The notes beneath the pieces were generated by a model. The model was not told the origin of the DNA. It did not search any database and saw nothing but the letters and a program-made list of their open reading frames with translations. A stretch of DNA of 64,000 nt, taken from positions 1-64,000 of the forward strand of contig JBBIUB010000003.1 of the NCBI GenBank assembly GCA_037440465.1. The letters are read 5' to 3'. Origin of the DNA: Coprothermobacterota bacterium. GTDB taxonomy: Bacteria > Coprothermobacterota > HKB111. A program made the translations under genes and the position numbers. Positions 50,570 through 60,407 of this stretch are shown here, in pieces. Position 1 is the stretch's first letter, and every line of letters begins with the position of its first letter.

Positions 50570-51322
50570 GTGGAAATAAAGGTTTTAAATGAAAATGTAG
50601 ATGACCTTTATAACTTCTGTGCGCCTACTATTGAAAGCCTTAAAGAAAGCACTTCTTTTTTTTCTAAAAATACTCAAGAGGGTTGGTTGGGAATGGTAGT
50701 TTATGATGAAGGAATGGTTAAAGCCATGGCCTGCCTTCAACCCCTGGAAACCTCCATGGTCAACCTGGAAGGTGAAGACCTATACTTCCTGCCCTGTTTC
50801 TGGGTAAAACCAGGAGAAGAAAAGAAAGGCTATGGTAAGGCTTTGATGGACAAAGTTCTTGAGTTATCCGGCTCAAAAAAAGGTGTGGTCACAGAGACAG
50901 AAGAAGAATGGATGCCGGCTTCCTTTTTTAAGAAATTTGGCTTTGAAAAGGTGATAGAGAAGGATCCTATTAAAATCCTCCTCAAGAAATTTGACCCTAA
51001 AGCCTGTATTAGTATGATCCCCACTGGTTTCCAGCCCCTAATAGTTCCAAATAAAATAATAATTGAGGTTGTATACAACCCCCTCTGTCCTTATATACTG
51101 AACAACTATGAAGTGGCTATCAATAAATCTCTGGAGTTCGCTCCTTATGTTCATGTATTAAAACATTATATTACTTGTAGAGAAGATACACTTAAATTTG
51201 GGGAGAGTAATTTTTATGTAGATGGAGATACTCCTTTTAGGGGACCTGTTAACCTTGAAAAATTAGTAATAATGATAAAAGATAAAATTGAAGTAATAAC
51301 AAAAACTGGAGGGGGAATTTAA
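50570..51322 (+). CDS. GNAT acetyltransferase with thioredoxin-like C-terminal domain (YoaP-like)
   Basis: CFWV..KKGYG..L, FFKKFGF, CPY; GTG at 50570 follows GGAGG. Confidence 0.75.
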   Translation: MEIKVLNENVDDLYNFCAPTIESLKESTSFFSKNTQEGWLGMVVYDEGMVKAMACLQPLETSMVNLEGEDLYFLPCFWVKPGEEKKGYGKALMDKVLELSGSKKGVVTETEEEWMPASFFKKFGFEKVIEKDPIKILLKKFDPKACISMIPTGFQPLIVPNKIIIEVVYNPLCPYILNNYEVAINKSLEFAPYVHVLKHYITCREDTLKFGESNFYVDGDTPFRGPVNLEKLVIMIKDKIEVITKTGGGI

Positions 51323-51330
51323 ATTCCTTT

Positions 51331-52314
51331 ATGCCAGCTAATCTACCCCCTCAATATTATGAAGCAGAAAGAAGATACAGAGAAGCTAAAATTGTAGAAG
51401 ACAAGATTGAAGCTCTCAGGGAAATGATGGCTATCATGCCTAAACACAAGGGCACTGATAAACTGAGGGCAGACCACAGAAAAAAACTATCAAAACTTCT
51501 GGAAGAATCTCAGAAAAGACCTAAAAAGCTGGGAAGAGGTCTGGATCACATTCCTAGAGAAGGCATAGCTCAGGTTGTTCTAGTTGGTCCACCAAACTCA
51601 GGGAAATCTTCTTTCTTAAATTTGGTCACTAACGCTGAGTCAATTGTAGCTGATTATCCTTTTTCCACTTCCATGCCATCAGTTGGCATGATGACTTTTG
51701 AAGATATCCAGATTCAACTTGTTGATTTGCCACCCATTTGGAAAAGTACTGAATCCTGGGTATATAACCTTATTCGTAACTGTGATCTGGCTTTGATTTT
51801 CCTTGATTTAAGCAGCGATAATCCAGGAGAAGACCTTTTTTCTCTTTTAGAACAATTCAAAGAACGTAAGATTATCATAACCCAAAAAAAAGAAGAGCAG
51901 GACGAAGAATCATCTTATAGACAAATTCCAGGTATAGTAATCTGTAATAAATCTGATCTTTCAGACTCTCCAAGCAAGATAAAGAATATTGAAGATGTAT
52001 CTAATAAACTTAAAATTATTCTCATTTCTACCCTAAACCATACAAATATTGATGAGACAAAAAGAATCATCTTTGACTCATTGAGCCTGATAAGAGTCTA
52101 TACAAAAAAACCAGGTTATCCACCTGACCTGAAACAACCTTATATTCTTCCAGTTGGCAGCACAATGTTAGATGTCGTTTCAGCTATTCATAAGGATTTA
52201 ATCAAATTTCTTAAATTCGCCCGTATCTGGAGTAAAGATGGTCTAATCAAGGGTATGCCTATTGAAAAAGGTTACATTGTTAAAGATGGTGATATCTTAG
52301 AATTTCATCGCTAA
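51331..52314 (+). CDS. OBG/DRG-family GTPase with TGS domain
   Basis: MPANLPP start, PKHKGT, GPPNSGKS, YPFST, DLPP, NKSD, TGS ending DGDILEFH. Confidence 0.9.
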   Translation: MPANLPPQYYEAERRYREAKIVEDKIEALREMMAIMPKHKGTDKLRADHRKKLSKLLEESQKRPKKLGRGLDHIPREGIAQVVLVGPPNSGKSSFLNLVTNAESIVADYPFSTSMPSVGMMTFEDIQIQLVDLPPIWKSTESWVYNLIRNCDLALIFLDLSSDNPGEDLFSLLEQFKERKIIITQKKEEQDEESSYRQIPGIVICNKSDLSDSPSKIKNIEDVSNKLKIILISTLNHTNIDETKRIIFDSLSLIRVYTKKPGYPPDLKQPYILPVGSTMLDVVSAIHKDLIKFLKFARIWSKDGLIKGMPIEKGYIVKDGDILEFHR

Positions 52315-52465
52315 CGAAGAGTGATAGGTGACCACTCATCACAGCTTTTAAATTACCCGTCACATATTACGAATTACAATTTACACACCACACATCCCTT
52401 AACCCATGAAACCTACCCAAATGCTATAATAATTTTATAAAACCCATTAAAAAAGGAGGTTTTAA

Positions 52466-52570
52466 ATGGCGATTTTTATCTGTAGTAATTGCGGCCATAA
52501 AGTTGAGGCAAGATGTAAGCCTGGAAAGTGCCCTAACTGTGGTAGCACTGACAGTTTCAAAAAGTCGTAA
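52466..52570 (+). CDS. 34-aa RCKP-type rubredoxin-like protein (missed by ORF track)
   Basis: AAGGAGGT SD, then MAIFICSNCGHKVEARCKPGKCPNCGSTDSFKKS*; two CxxC plus RCKP; TGCTATAAT at 52422-52430. Confidence 0.88.
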   Translation: MAIFICSNCGHKVEARCKPGKCPNCGSTDSFKKS

Positions 52571-52571
52571 A

Positions 52572-53681
52572 ATGGATAGCATCAGCACAGTTTTTTTCGT
52601 GAGCTTGCGTGCAGAAAGCAAGACAACAAGCCTTATTGAGAAGCTCAGGAGAGCTTTTAAGGCTACAAATCCTGAGAAAATTTTCCAGAAAAATGACATT
52701 ATTGCAATAAAAACACACTTTGGTGAACCGGGTAACACTGGATTTGTTTCACCAATTTATTTTCATCCTCTTGTAGATGAGTTACTTTATTTAAACACTA
52801 AACCGTTCCTCACTGATAGCAACACACTTTACGTAGGGCAAAGAGCTAATAGCGTTGACCATTTGAAGGCAGCTAATCGACATGGATTTTCCTACTCTAC
52901 ATTTCAAATTCCTACCATCATTGCAGATGGCCTCCTGGGTAATGATGTAGTTGAAGTTGTAGTCAACCTTAAACACTTCAAGACAATCCCAGTCTCTTCG
53001 TCCTGCTATTTTGCTTCCTCTTTCCTGGTTGTTTCCCATGTTAAAGGACATATGGGTTTTGGTTTTGGTGGAGCTCTTAAAAATGTTGGAATGGGTATGA
53101 TAGGAAGGATGGGAAAATATCGTATTCATTCTTCAACCAAACCCTCACAAAAGCTGGAGAATTGCATTAGTTGCAGTCTATGTATCCCTGTTTGTCCCGG
53201 AAATGCCCTTTCTTTAGGTTCAGATAATATAATCAATATTGATTATGAAAAGTGCATTGGATGTGGGGCTTGTATACCTGCATGCCCTCAGCATGTATTC
53301 CGTTTTGATTGGGACAAAGCCTCAAAAACTATGTACGAGAAATTAGCAGAAGCATGCTTGGGAGTTCTTAAAGGTAAGAAATCTGTTTTCTTTAATTTTT
53401 TAATTGACATCACTCCTGATTGTGATTGTGCTTCCTGGAGTGATTCCCCAGTAGCTAAAGACATCGGAATATTGATCTCCAGAGACCCTGTGGCTATAGA
53501 CCAAGCTTCTCTTGACCTTCTCAAAACCACCCGACCACTTCACCCATCGGCTTTAAGAGACGAGATTAAAGAAGACCCCCTAAGCAACCTGCGTCCACAA
53601 CTTCACCCTCAAACCCTTCTGGACTATGCTAATTTTATTGGCCTTGGAAATAAAAAATACCAGTTGGAAGAAATTAAGTGA
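52572..53681 (+). CDS. DUF362 Fe-S protein with 4Fe-4S dicluster
   Basis: AIKTHFGE, LTDSNTLY, SHVKGH, GGALKN, two ferredoxin motifs, PDCDC, DPVAID; start moved to the ATG 1 nt after the mini-rubredoxin. Confidence 0.9.
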   Translation: MDSISTVFFVSLRAESKTTSLIEKLRRAFKATNPEKIFQKNDIIAIKTHFGEPGNTGFVSPIYFHPLVDELLYLNTKPFLTDSNTLYVGQRANSVDHLKAANRHGFSYSTFQIPTIIADGLLGNDVVEVVVNLKHFKTIPVSSSCYFASSFLVVSHVKGHMGFGFGGALKNVGMGMIGRMGKYRIHSSTKPSQKLENCISCSLCIPVCPGNALSLGSDNIINIDYEKCIGCGACIPACPQHVFRFDWDKASKTMYEKLAEACLGVLKGKKSVFFNFLIDITPDCDCASWSDSPVAKDIGILISRDPVAIDQASLDLLKTTRPLHPSALRDEIKEDPLSNLRPQLHPQTLLDYANFIGLGNKKYQLEEIK

Positions 53682-54103
53682 AGATTTATTTTGCTGGCTC
53701 TATACTAGGTGGGAGAAAATACGAAAAGACCTATCAAATGATTGTAGATTATCTTAAAGATTGTGGCCATTTCGTACTAACAGAACATGTGGCTTATCCA
53801 AAAAAGGTATTAAGCTTGAAAGGAAGTAAAAATTTATTCATTCAAGATATGGAATGGTTAGCTGAGTGCGATCTTCTAATTGCTGAGGTTAGTAATCCTT
53901 CTTTAGGAGTGGGTTATGAAATAGCTACTGCCATACAGGCTAATAAACCCGTACTTTGCCTTTATCAAGAAGGGGTAAGTGTCTCCAATCTCATTGTGGA
54001 TAATACTTCTGAAAATATAACTATAAATTCCTATCAGAATGAACTCGAACTGAAGGAAAAGATAAAAAAGTACCTTAACCTTACAAAAAATGAGGTTTTT
54101 TGA
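53678..54103 (+). CDS. Nucleoside 2-deoxyribosyltransferase / Rcl-like N-hydrolase
   Basis: IYFAGSI.GGR, LTEH, D..W, SLGVGYEI. Confidence 0.88.
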   Translation: MKIYFAGSILGGRKYEKTYQMIVDYLKDCGHFVLTEHVAYPKKVLSLKGSKNLFIQDMEWLAECDLLIAEVSNPSLGVGYEIATAIQANKPVLCLYQEGVSVSNLIVDNTSENITINSYQNELELKEKIKKYLNLTKNEVF

Positions 54104-54870
54104 AACTGAACCTTAATACAGGAATTATTGGGCATAAGATATTCTGTATTTACTCTACCTCCTCTACCAATAACATAGCCCGTAATTTAGCTGAAGAAGG
54201 TCAATTAGAAGGTACAGCTGTTCTGGCAGAGGAACAGACTGGTGGCAGGGGAAGAAATCAAAAAAGCTGGTTTTCACCGCAAGGTAGTGGTATTTATTTA
54301 TCTATTATTCTAAAGCCTGTCATACCTCAAGAAAAGGTCGGACTTATTACATTAATTGCCGGCCTGGCTATAGCAGAAGCGATGGAAAAAGTAAGCGATG
54401 TAAGGGTAGATATAAAATGGCCAAATGATTTAATTATTAATGGTAGAAAGGTAGGTGGTATCCTAACCGAAGCTTTCTTTGATTCTGAAAATCTTAAATA
54501 CATAATTCTGGGCATAGGAATTAATGTAACAGGTAGTGATACAGAATTTCCTCTGGAACTTAGAGGTAAAGCTACTACTTTAGAAATTGAAGCAGGAAAA
54601 CAGCTTGATAAGAAAACATTATTAATACAACTTTTGGAAAACCTTGAAGATGAATACCGTAATTTTTGCTTATCTTACTCTTTAGACTTAAAGAAAATAA
54701 AGGAAAAGATGGCTTTTATGTGGGGAAGAGAAGGTTTATTTTTTGAGCACGACAAAGTAGTTCATAAAGGAACCATAATTGACTTAAATGGAGATGGTTC
54801 TCTGATTCTTCAAAGTAATGGGAAAACTATTAGTATCTATCATGGGGAGTTGAGCCTTCAAATACAGTGA
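54100..54870 (+). CDS. birA: Biotin--protein ligase without N-terminal HTH
   Basis: STN, QTGGRGR, KWPND, KVGGIL, GIGIN. Confidence 0.93.
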   Translation: MKLNLNTGIIGHKIFCIYSTSSTNNIARNLAEEGQLEGTAVLAEEQTGGRGRNQKSWFSPQGSGIYLSIILKPVIPQEKVGLITLIAGLAIAEAMEKVSDVRVDIKWPNDLIINGRKVGGILTEAFFDSENLKYIILGIGINVTGSDTEFPLELRGKATTLEIEAGKQLDKKTLLIQLLENLEDEYRNFCLSYSLDLKKIKEKMAFMWGREGLFFEHDKVVHKGTIIDLNGDGSLILQSNGKTISIYHGELSLQIQ

Positions 54871-55913
54871 AAACCAGAATATTACAGATAGACCCTTTAA
54901 ACCTAAAACCTGAAATATTGGAGGAAGCAGTTTTCATCCTGAGAAGGGGTGGATTAGTAGCTTTTCCCACAGAGACTGTCTATGGCCTTGGTGGAGATAC
55001 TTTCAAGGTTGAATCTATAAAAAAAATCTATAAAACAAAAGGAAGGCCTATTGATAATCCCTTGATAGTTCACATTTCTTCGCTGGATGAAGTTGACAAA
55101 GTAGTTAAAGAGATTCCAGACATGGCTTACAAACTCATGGAGATTTTCTTCCCTGGACCTCTAACCCTAATCCTTCCCCGTAAAGAGGATGTTCCTCCTG
55201 AGGTCTCAGCCTTTCTCCCCACCGTAGCTGTTCGCATGCCAGCTCATCCAGTTGCCCTTACCTTAATAAAATTACTGAACTCCCCCATAGCCGCCCCCAG
55301 CGCAAATAAATCCTCGAGAGTAAGCCCCGTTACAGCCAGCCATGTCTACGAAGAACTAAAAGGAGAAATAGACCTTATCCTTGATGGCGGAAAGACACCA
55401 CTGGGACTGGAATCTACTGTGGTTGACCTTACAAAAAAACTGCCTTTTATTCTAAGACCCGGTGTGATATCTTTAGAAGAATTAAGAGAGTTTATACCCT
55501 CTATAGAAGAGATAAACTATCTCGATTCATCCGATTTGTTAGAGAAACCCCTCTCTCCAGGTATGAAGTACAAACACTACTCTCCTAAAATTCCCTTAAT
55601 TCTATTCACTGGCTCTATTCCTAACCTCTGGCAGGAAATCCAGAAAGAAAAAATAGAAAGGGAAGATAAAGGTGAAAGAGTTGGACTTCTTTTAACTGAA
55701 GAGGGGTTTAATTATCTTGGAAAACCAAAAGATATCGCAATAATGGGCTCAATAAATAATCCAATGGAAGTAGCTTCACGCCTTTATCTAACTCTTAGAG
55801 ATCTGGAAAAAGAGTTCACTGCTATATTAGTTGAAGGGTTGGAGGAAAAAGGTGTTGGGAGAGCCATTATGAACCGTCTAAAAAAAGCTTCCTGTAAAAT
55901 TATTAAAGTTTAA
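54867..55913 (+). CDS. sua5: L-threonylcarbamoyladenylate synthase (Sua5 type)
   Basis: FPTETVYGLG, KGRP.DNPLIVH, APSAN, SPGMKYKHYSP, NRLKKA. Confidence 0.95.
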   Translation: MKTRILQIDPLNLKPEILEEAVFILRRGGLVAFPTETVYGLGGDTFKVESIKKIYKTKGRPIDNPLIVHISSLDEVDKVVKEIPDMAYKLMEIFFPGPLTLILPRKEDVPPEVSAFLPTVAVRMPAHPVALTLIKLLNSPIAAPSANKSSRVSPVTASHVYEELKGEIDLILDGGKTPLGLESTVVDLTKKLPFILRPGVISLEELREFIPSIEEINYLDSSDLLEKPLSPGMKYKHYSPKIPLILFTGSIPNLWQEIQKEKIEREDKGERVGLLLTEEGFNYLGKPKDIAIMGSINNPMEVASRLYLTLRDLEKEFTAILVEGLEEKGVGRAIMNRLKKASCKIIKV

Positions 55914-55916
55914 ATC

Positions 55917-57941
55917 TTAAAAACTGAATCCCTTCTCTGTAAAAAGTCTGAAACAAGCGTCTACTGCCTCGGGTTCATAAAGTATTCCTTTATTCTGGGT
56001 AATCTCTTTCATTGTCTCTTCAAGCCCATGAGCAGGTCTATAAGGACGATGACTTAACATAGCTTCAACGACATCGGCTACAGCTATTATTTTTGCCAGA
56101 AGAAGCATCTCTCTGTCTTTGAGACCCCGGGGATATCCTGACCCATCTAATCTTTCATGATGTTGGAGAGTAATTTCAGCAACAGGCCAGTGGAATTCTA
56201 TATTCTTCAGGATATCGTAACCTGCCTGAGAGTGTGTTTTAATTATACTGAACTCAACCTCTGTCAATTTTTTTGGTTTTGTAAGAATTTCTGCTGGAAC
56301 ATTTACTTTACCAACATCGTGTAGTAGTCCTATAACTCTGATGGCTTCTACTTCCTCCTCTTTAAGATTCATCTCCCTCGTTATAGCACAAGCCAGCTTA
56401 CTTACCCTTTCCTGATGACCTGAGGTATAAAGGTCTCTCAATTCAGTAGATACAACCAGGGCATATACAGCCCCTTCAACCATCTTTTTAAATTGATGTA
56501 AAATCTCTCTCAGTTTTTCTTCTGCTTGTTTATGCTCAGTAATATCCACTATAGATGCAATGTTTCTCTTTGTTCCTGGTATCATTTCCACTACATTATA
56601 AACATTTAAAACTTTCCCTTCTCTGTTCAAGAAGTGGAACTCGTAATTTCTGGGTGCAGCCTTTGGGTCAATCCTTCTCATTTTGTGATATTTAAGCATC
56701 CATTCTAAATCTTCAGGTTTAGTAAATTCTGTCCAGGCTTTCTTCCCTTCAATCTCTTCCTTAGAATAACCTGACATTTTTTCAAACTCACTGTTAGCTA
56801 GGATTATAGTATTATCGTCGTCTTCAATAATAGTTGCTGTTCCAGTATTTTCAAAAATTACTCGGTAAAGCTCTTCTTTCTCACTTAACTCTTCACGAGA
56901 TTCTTCTATTACTCCCAACATCCCATTAATTGAATTAGCTAGCATAGATATCTCATCATTTCCTTTTAGATAAATATGCTCCGAGAGATCTCCACTTAAA
57001 GTAATGCGTTTTACAGAATCGCTGAGTTTAGTTAGTCGTGAAAGCACTACCTTGTTTAAAAAAGAAGTGATTATCAATCCAAACACTATACTTATTACCA
57101 ACATAGAGAAGATATTAAGGTAAATATCTCTCCTGCCCTGCTGTAAAATTTCCCTTGAGCTATCCACCCTTAGTATCAGAATAGGATTTCTATAAACATC
57201 CTTGAGCACGGTATATCCTGCTATTGTAAAAGAATCCACTGGATTAACATAAACTGATTCATTATTAACCAGATGTGTTTTTGCTTTCTGGAAATCGGAT
57301 AATACTGGTTCATTAAAGTTGGAAATGCTTATTGAAAGTCTGGTAAGCCCAGTTAATTTTCTTAATAGGTTGTTATCCAGATAACGACCCATAACAAGCA
57401 CCCCATTGGTAGGTCCAATTTCATTACTTTTCAGTATATACCTTGAAGCCACGAGGAGAGGGTTTTCAGAAAGTATGATGATACCAGCAGTACCTTTATT
57501 TACATCAGGGTTACGTAAGGGACCGTTTTCATTATCAAAGTACTCATTAATGGAGGGCGTTAAAGGTATTTTCAAACTAGTATTCAGGTCAAAGTATGTA
57601 CCATAAAGAATTTCACCTGTCAGTTTTCTAAACAACATTAGATTGAGTTTCAGATTGGAAAAGGTTTCATCTAATAAATTCGAATCTATATAATGCTGAT
57701 TTGCGTCATTCATAAATTCATAGGTATCATCCCAAACACCCCAGTCATAAGTCAGGATGCTCAATCTTCCTATTTCTTCTGACAACGCCTCAACCACTCT
57801 CTCAATATTCTGGCCAGTCTTCTCTAATTCCATTCTCTCTATATAATCAAGTTGAATATAAGAAGAAATAGCTGTCATAACCACTATTAAAATAATAAAG
57901 GTTATTCCAAAAACTATAGGAACTCTTGTTCTAAGTTTCAC
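55917..57941 (-). CDS. CHASE4-HAMP-PAS-HD-GYP cyclic-dinucleotide phosphodiesterase
   Basis: Two TMs around DWGVWDDTY, HAMP (DEI..LA..IN.M), PAS, HDVGK, HHERLDGSGYP, RPYR. Confidence 0.9.
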   Translation of the reverse strand: MKLRTRVPIVFGITFIILIVVMTAISSYIQLDYIERMELEKTGQNIERVVEALSEEIGRLSILTYDWGVWDDTYEFMNDANQHYIDSNLLDETFSNLKLNLMLFRKLTGEILYGTYFDLNTSLKIPLTPSINEYFDNENGPLRNPDVNKGTAGIIILSENPLLVASRYILKSNEIGPTNGVLVMGRYLDNNLLRKLTGLTRLSISISNFNEPVLSDFQKAKTHLVNNESVYVNPVDSFTIAGYTVLKDVYRNPILILRVDSSREILQQGRRDIYLNIFSMLVISIVFGLIITSFLNKVVLSRLTKLSDSVKRITLSGDLSEHIYLKGNDEISMLANSINGMLGVIEESREELSEKEELYRVIFENTGTATIIEDDDNTIILANSEFEKMSGYSKEEIEGKKAWTEFTKPEDLEWMLKYHKMRRIDPKAAPRNYEFHFLNREGKVLNVYNVVEMIPGTKRNIASIVDITEHKQAEEKLREILHQFKKMVEGAVYALVVSTELRDLYTSGHQERVSKLACAITREMNLKEEEVEAIRVIGLLHDVGKVNVPAEILTKPKKLTEVEFSIIKTHSQAGYDILKNIEFHWPVAEITLQHHERLDGSGYPRGLKDREMLLLAKIIAVADVVEAMLSHRPYRPAHGLEETMKEITQNKGILYEPEAVDACFRLFTEKGFSF

Positions 57942-58200
57942 AATTTATATCCTATGGATAGTTTACTGATAAATAGTATATGTTTCTCAATTTTACATTT
58001 CATATTATTAATACGTTAATCCTCCACACAATTGCTATTGTAACACACAATTTTTTACTTGAATAACTTATTTATAAAGAATTTTAACTAAGTATAATTA
58101 TCCGTAAACATCATCTAAGAAATAATTTTACTTAAATCAATCTGTCTTTAAGGTAAAATAAGAGTGACAATCTGAAAATTATTATAGGGAGGAAAAACTT

Positions 58201-59535
58201 GTGAAGATATCTATACTCGGTGGCGGAGGAACCAGAACTCCCCTTTTAGTGAAGGGGTTTTTAACCATGGAAGAAAAACTCGGGTTAGAAGAGATATCAC
58301 TTATGGACATAGATGAAGAACGGCTACTTCTCATTAAAAAGGTCCTTGACGAAATAAGTAGAGAAACAGGCGAGAAGGTAAGGTTAACATATACTCTCGA
58401 TATAAAAGCAAGCATAGATAATGCCTCTTTTGTAGTCTGTGCCATTCGGGTGGGTGGAGAAAAATTGAGGATTCTGGATGAAAAAATTCCCTTAAGTTTT
58501 AATGTACTTGGTCAGGAGACCATGGGTCCCGGTGGCTTTGCTATGGCAGTCAGAACAATCCCTGTTGTGTTAAAAATAGCCGATCAACTTAACGAAGTGA
58601 ATCCTGAAGCCTGGTTAATAAACTTCACAAATCCGTCTGGAATTATCACTCAATCTTTGGTAAGCCATTCTCCCCTAAAAAAAGTAGTAGGGATATGCGA
58701 TGCCCCCTCTTACCTTCAGAAGGTTATCGCATACTTCATGAATAAAAAGGAAGAGGATATATTCCTTGACTACTTCGGACTAAACCACTTCGGGTGGATA
58801 AAGGGAGTTTATGTAGATGGAAAAGATCTGTTACCATCCATCCTCAATCTAATCACGAAAACTCCTGACTTTGAGAAAATTACCAGGTTTCCTCCTGACC
58901 TTCTGACATTAATCAAAATGCTTCCTAACCCTTATCTTTATTACTATTATTTCAAGAATGAAGCCACCAAAAACCTGATAATGGCAGAGAAAACCCGTGG
59001 TGAAATAATAAAAGAGATGAATGATGAACTCTTCAGCTCTCTTAAAGAAAGTAAAATTCCACTTCTCACTTATAATAACTACATTTCTATGAGAGAATCC
59101 TCTCCTATAACTATGGCTGAATTTTTTAATGAAAATATGTCCTTCGCTGAAGGAGAAGGCTATGTAGATGTGGCGTTAAAAGTTATAGAAGGACTTTCAG
59201 GAAGTGAAAATAAATCAGTAATTATAAATACAAAAAATTTAACAGCTTCACCAGGATTTAATGAAGATGATGTAGTGGAAGTACCATCAATAATAAGAAA
59301 TGGTTTCGTTCGACCCATCAGTACAGGAAATATTCCTTCTGAATGTTTGAATATTCTCAAACAATTAAAAACATACGAACACTTGCTTATTGAAGGGGTA
59401 ACAACTTCTTCGTATAACACCCTCCTTTACGCTCTTACTCTGAACCTCTGGATACCATCTTATAACCTGGCACGCAAGATTCTTGATTCTTTTATAGAAG
59501 AAGAAAAAGACTATTTTCCTGATCTTACAAAATAA
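58201..59535 (+). CDS. Family 4 glycoside hydrolase (6-phospho-beta-glucosidase/ChbF-like)
   Basis: GGGG.RTP, GQET.GPGG, INFTNP, GICD, GLNH, VVEVP. Confidence 0.9.
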   Translation: MKISILGGGGTRTPLLVKGFLTMEEKLGLEEISLMDIDEERLLLIKKVLDEISRETGEKVRLTYTLDIKASIDNASFVVCAIRVGGEKLRILDEKIPLSFNVLGQETMGPGGFAMAVRTIPVVLKIADQLNEVNPEAWLINFTNPSGIITQSLVSHSPLKKVVGICDAPSYLQKVIAYFMNKKEEDIFLDYFGLNHFGWIKGVYVDGKDLLPSILNLITKTPDFEKITRFPPDLLTLIKMLPNPYLYYYYFKNEATKNLIMAEKTRGEIIKEMNDELFSSLKESKIPLLTYNNYISMRESSPITMAEFFNENMSFAEGEGYVDVALKVIEGLSGSENKSVIINTKNLTASPGFNEDDVVEVPSIIRNGFVRPISTGNIPSECLNILKQLKTYEHLLIEGVTTSSYNTLLYALTLNLWIPSYNLARKILDSFIEEEKDYFPDLTK

Positions 59536-59592
59536 GAAAAGGGAACACATGATAGTATTAAATAGACTACATCCATATAAGGAGAAGAATTA

Positions 59593-60342
59593 ATGACTAA
59601 TAAGAAAGTAAAATATCTTATCCCCATCCCGAAAATAGAAGAAGGTCATAAATTCCTCATTGTCCAACCACATCCAGATGATGCTGACATCTATGCTGGT
59701 GGTTTTGCAGCTTCCATGATAGAAAAAGGGAAAGAAGTAGTATATGTAACTGTAACTGATGGTGCAATGGGTACCACAGATAGAACTCTTAAACCAGTTG
59801 AGTTAGCTACTATAAGGAGAAGTGAAGCCGAAACATCAGCTAAAACTCTGGGAGTTAATAGATTAATCTTTCTCGGATATCCTGACGCAGATGCCATCAC
59901 ACACAAAGAACTCAGAAGAGACTTCATCGGATTAATTCGTCAAGAAAAGCCAGACGGCATACTCCTTCCAGACCCCTGGCTTCCCTACGAAGCTCACACC
60001 GGACATGTAATAGTGGGGTTGGCAGGAGCAGAAGCAGCTTTATTTTCACCCTTACCTCATTTTGAACCAAAGGGAGAACCCCACGAATTAAAGTTAGTAG
60101 CCTTTTACACCTCACACAAACCTAATACATTTGTTGATATAACTCCCTTCTGGGAGAAGAAACTTAAAGCTATCAGTATGCATAAAAGTCAATTTTCTCC
60201 GGATTTATTCAAGTTATTTTCCATATACCTGGAAGTTATGTCAAGAGAATGGGGCGAAGATGGTGGTTTTGAAAAAGCAGAAGCTTTTAAAGTCCTTACT
60301 CTCTATCATCTTCATGGAAATGTAGATACCTGGGAATTATAA
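59593..60342 (+). CDS. PIG-L family deacetylase (diacetylchitobiose deacetylase-like)
   Basis: PHPDD, TDG, R..EA, PDPWLPYEAH..H, HKSQF. Confidence 0.87.
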   Translation: MTNKKVKYLIPIPKIEEGHKFLIVQPHPDDADIYAGGFAASMIEKGKEVVYVTVTDGAMGTTDRTLKPVELATIRRSEAETSAKTLGVNRLIFLGYPDADAITHKELRRDFIGLIRQEKPDGILLPDPWLPYEAHTGHVIVGLAGAEAALFSPLPHFEPKGEPHELKLVAFYTSHKPNTFVDITPFWEKKLKAISMHKSQFSPDLFKLFSIYLEVMSREWGEDGGFEKAEAFKVLTLYHLHGNVDTWEL

Positions 60343-60407
60343 TAATTAAATAGATGATTTAAAAAATTATGTTTAAAATAAAACAAAACTGAGGAGGTGT
60401 TATTATT

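Noticed and set aside
57938..58003. 21-aa upstream ORF (minus strand) whose TGA overlaps the HD-GYP GTG start
   Set aside because: Nearest GGAGG is about 17 nt from its ATG and the HD-GYP gene has its own AGGA; likely chance in AT-rich DNA.
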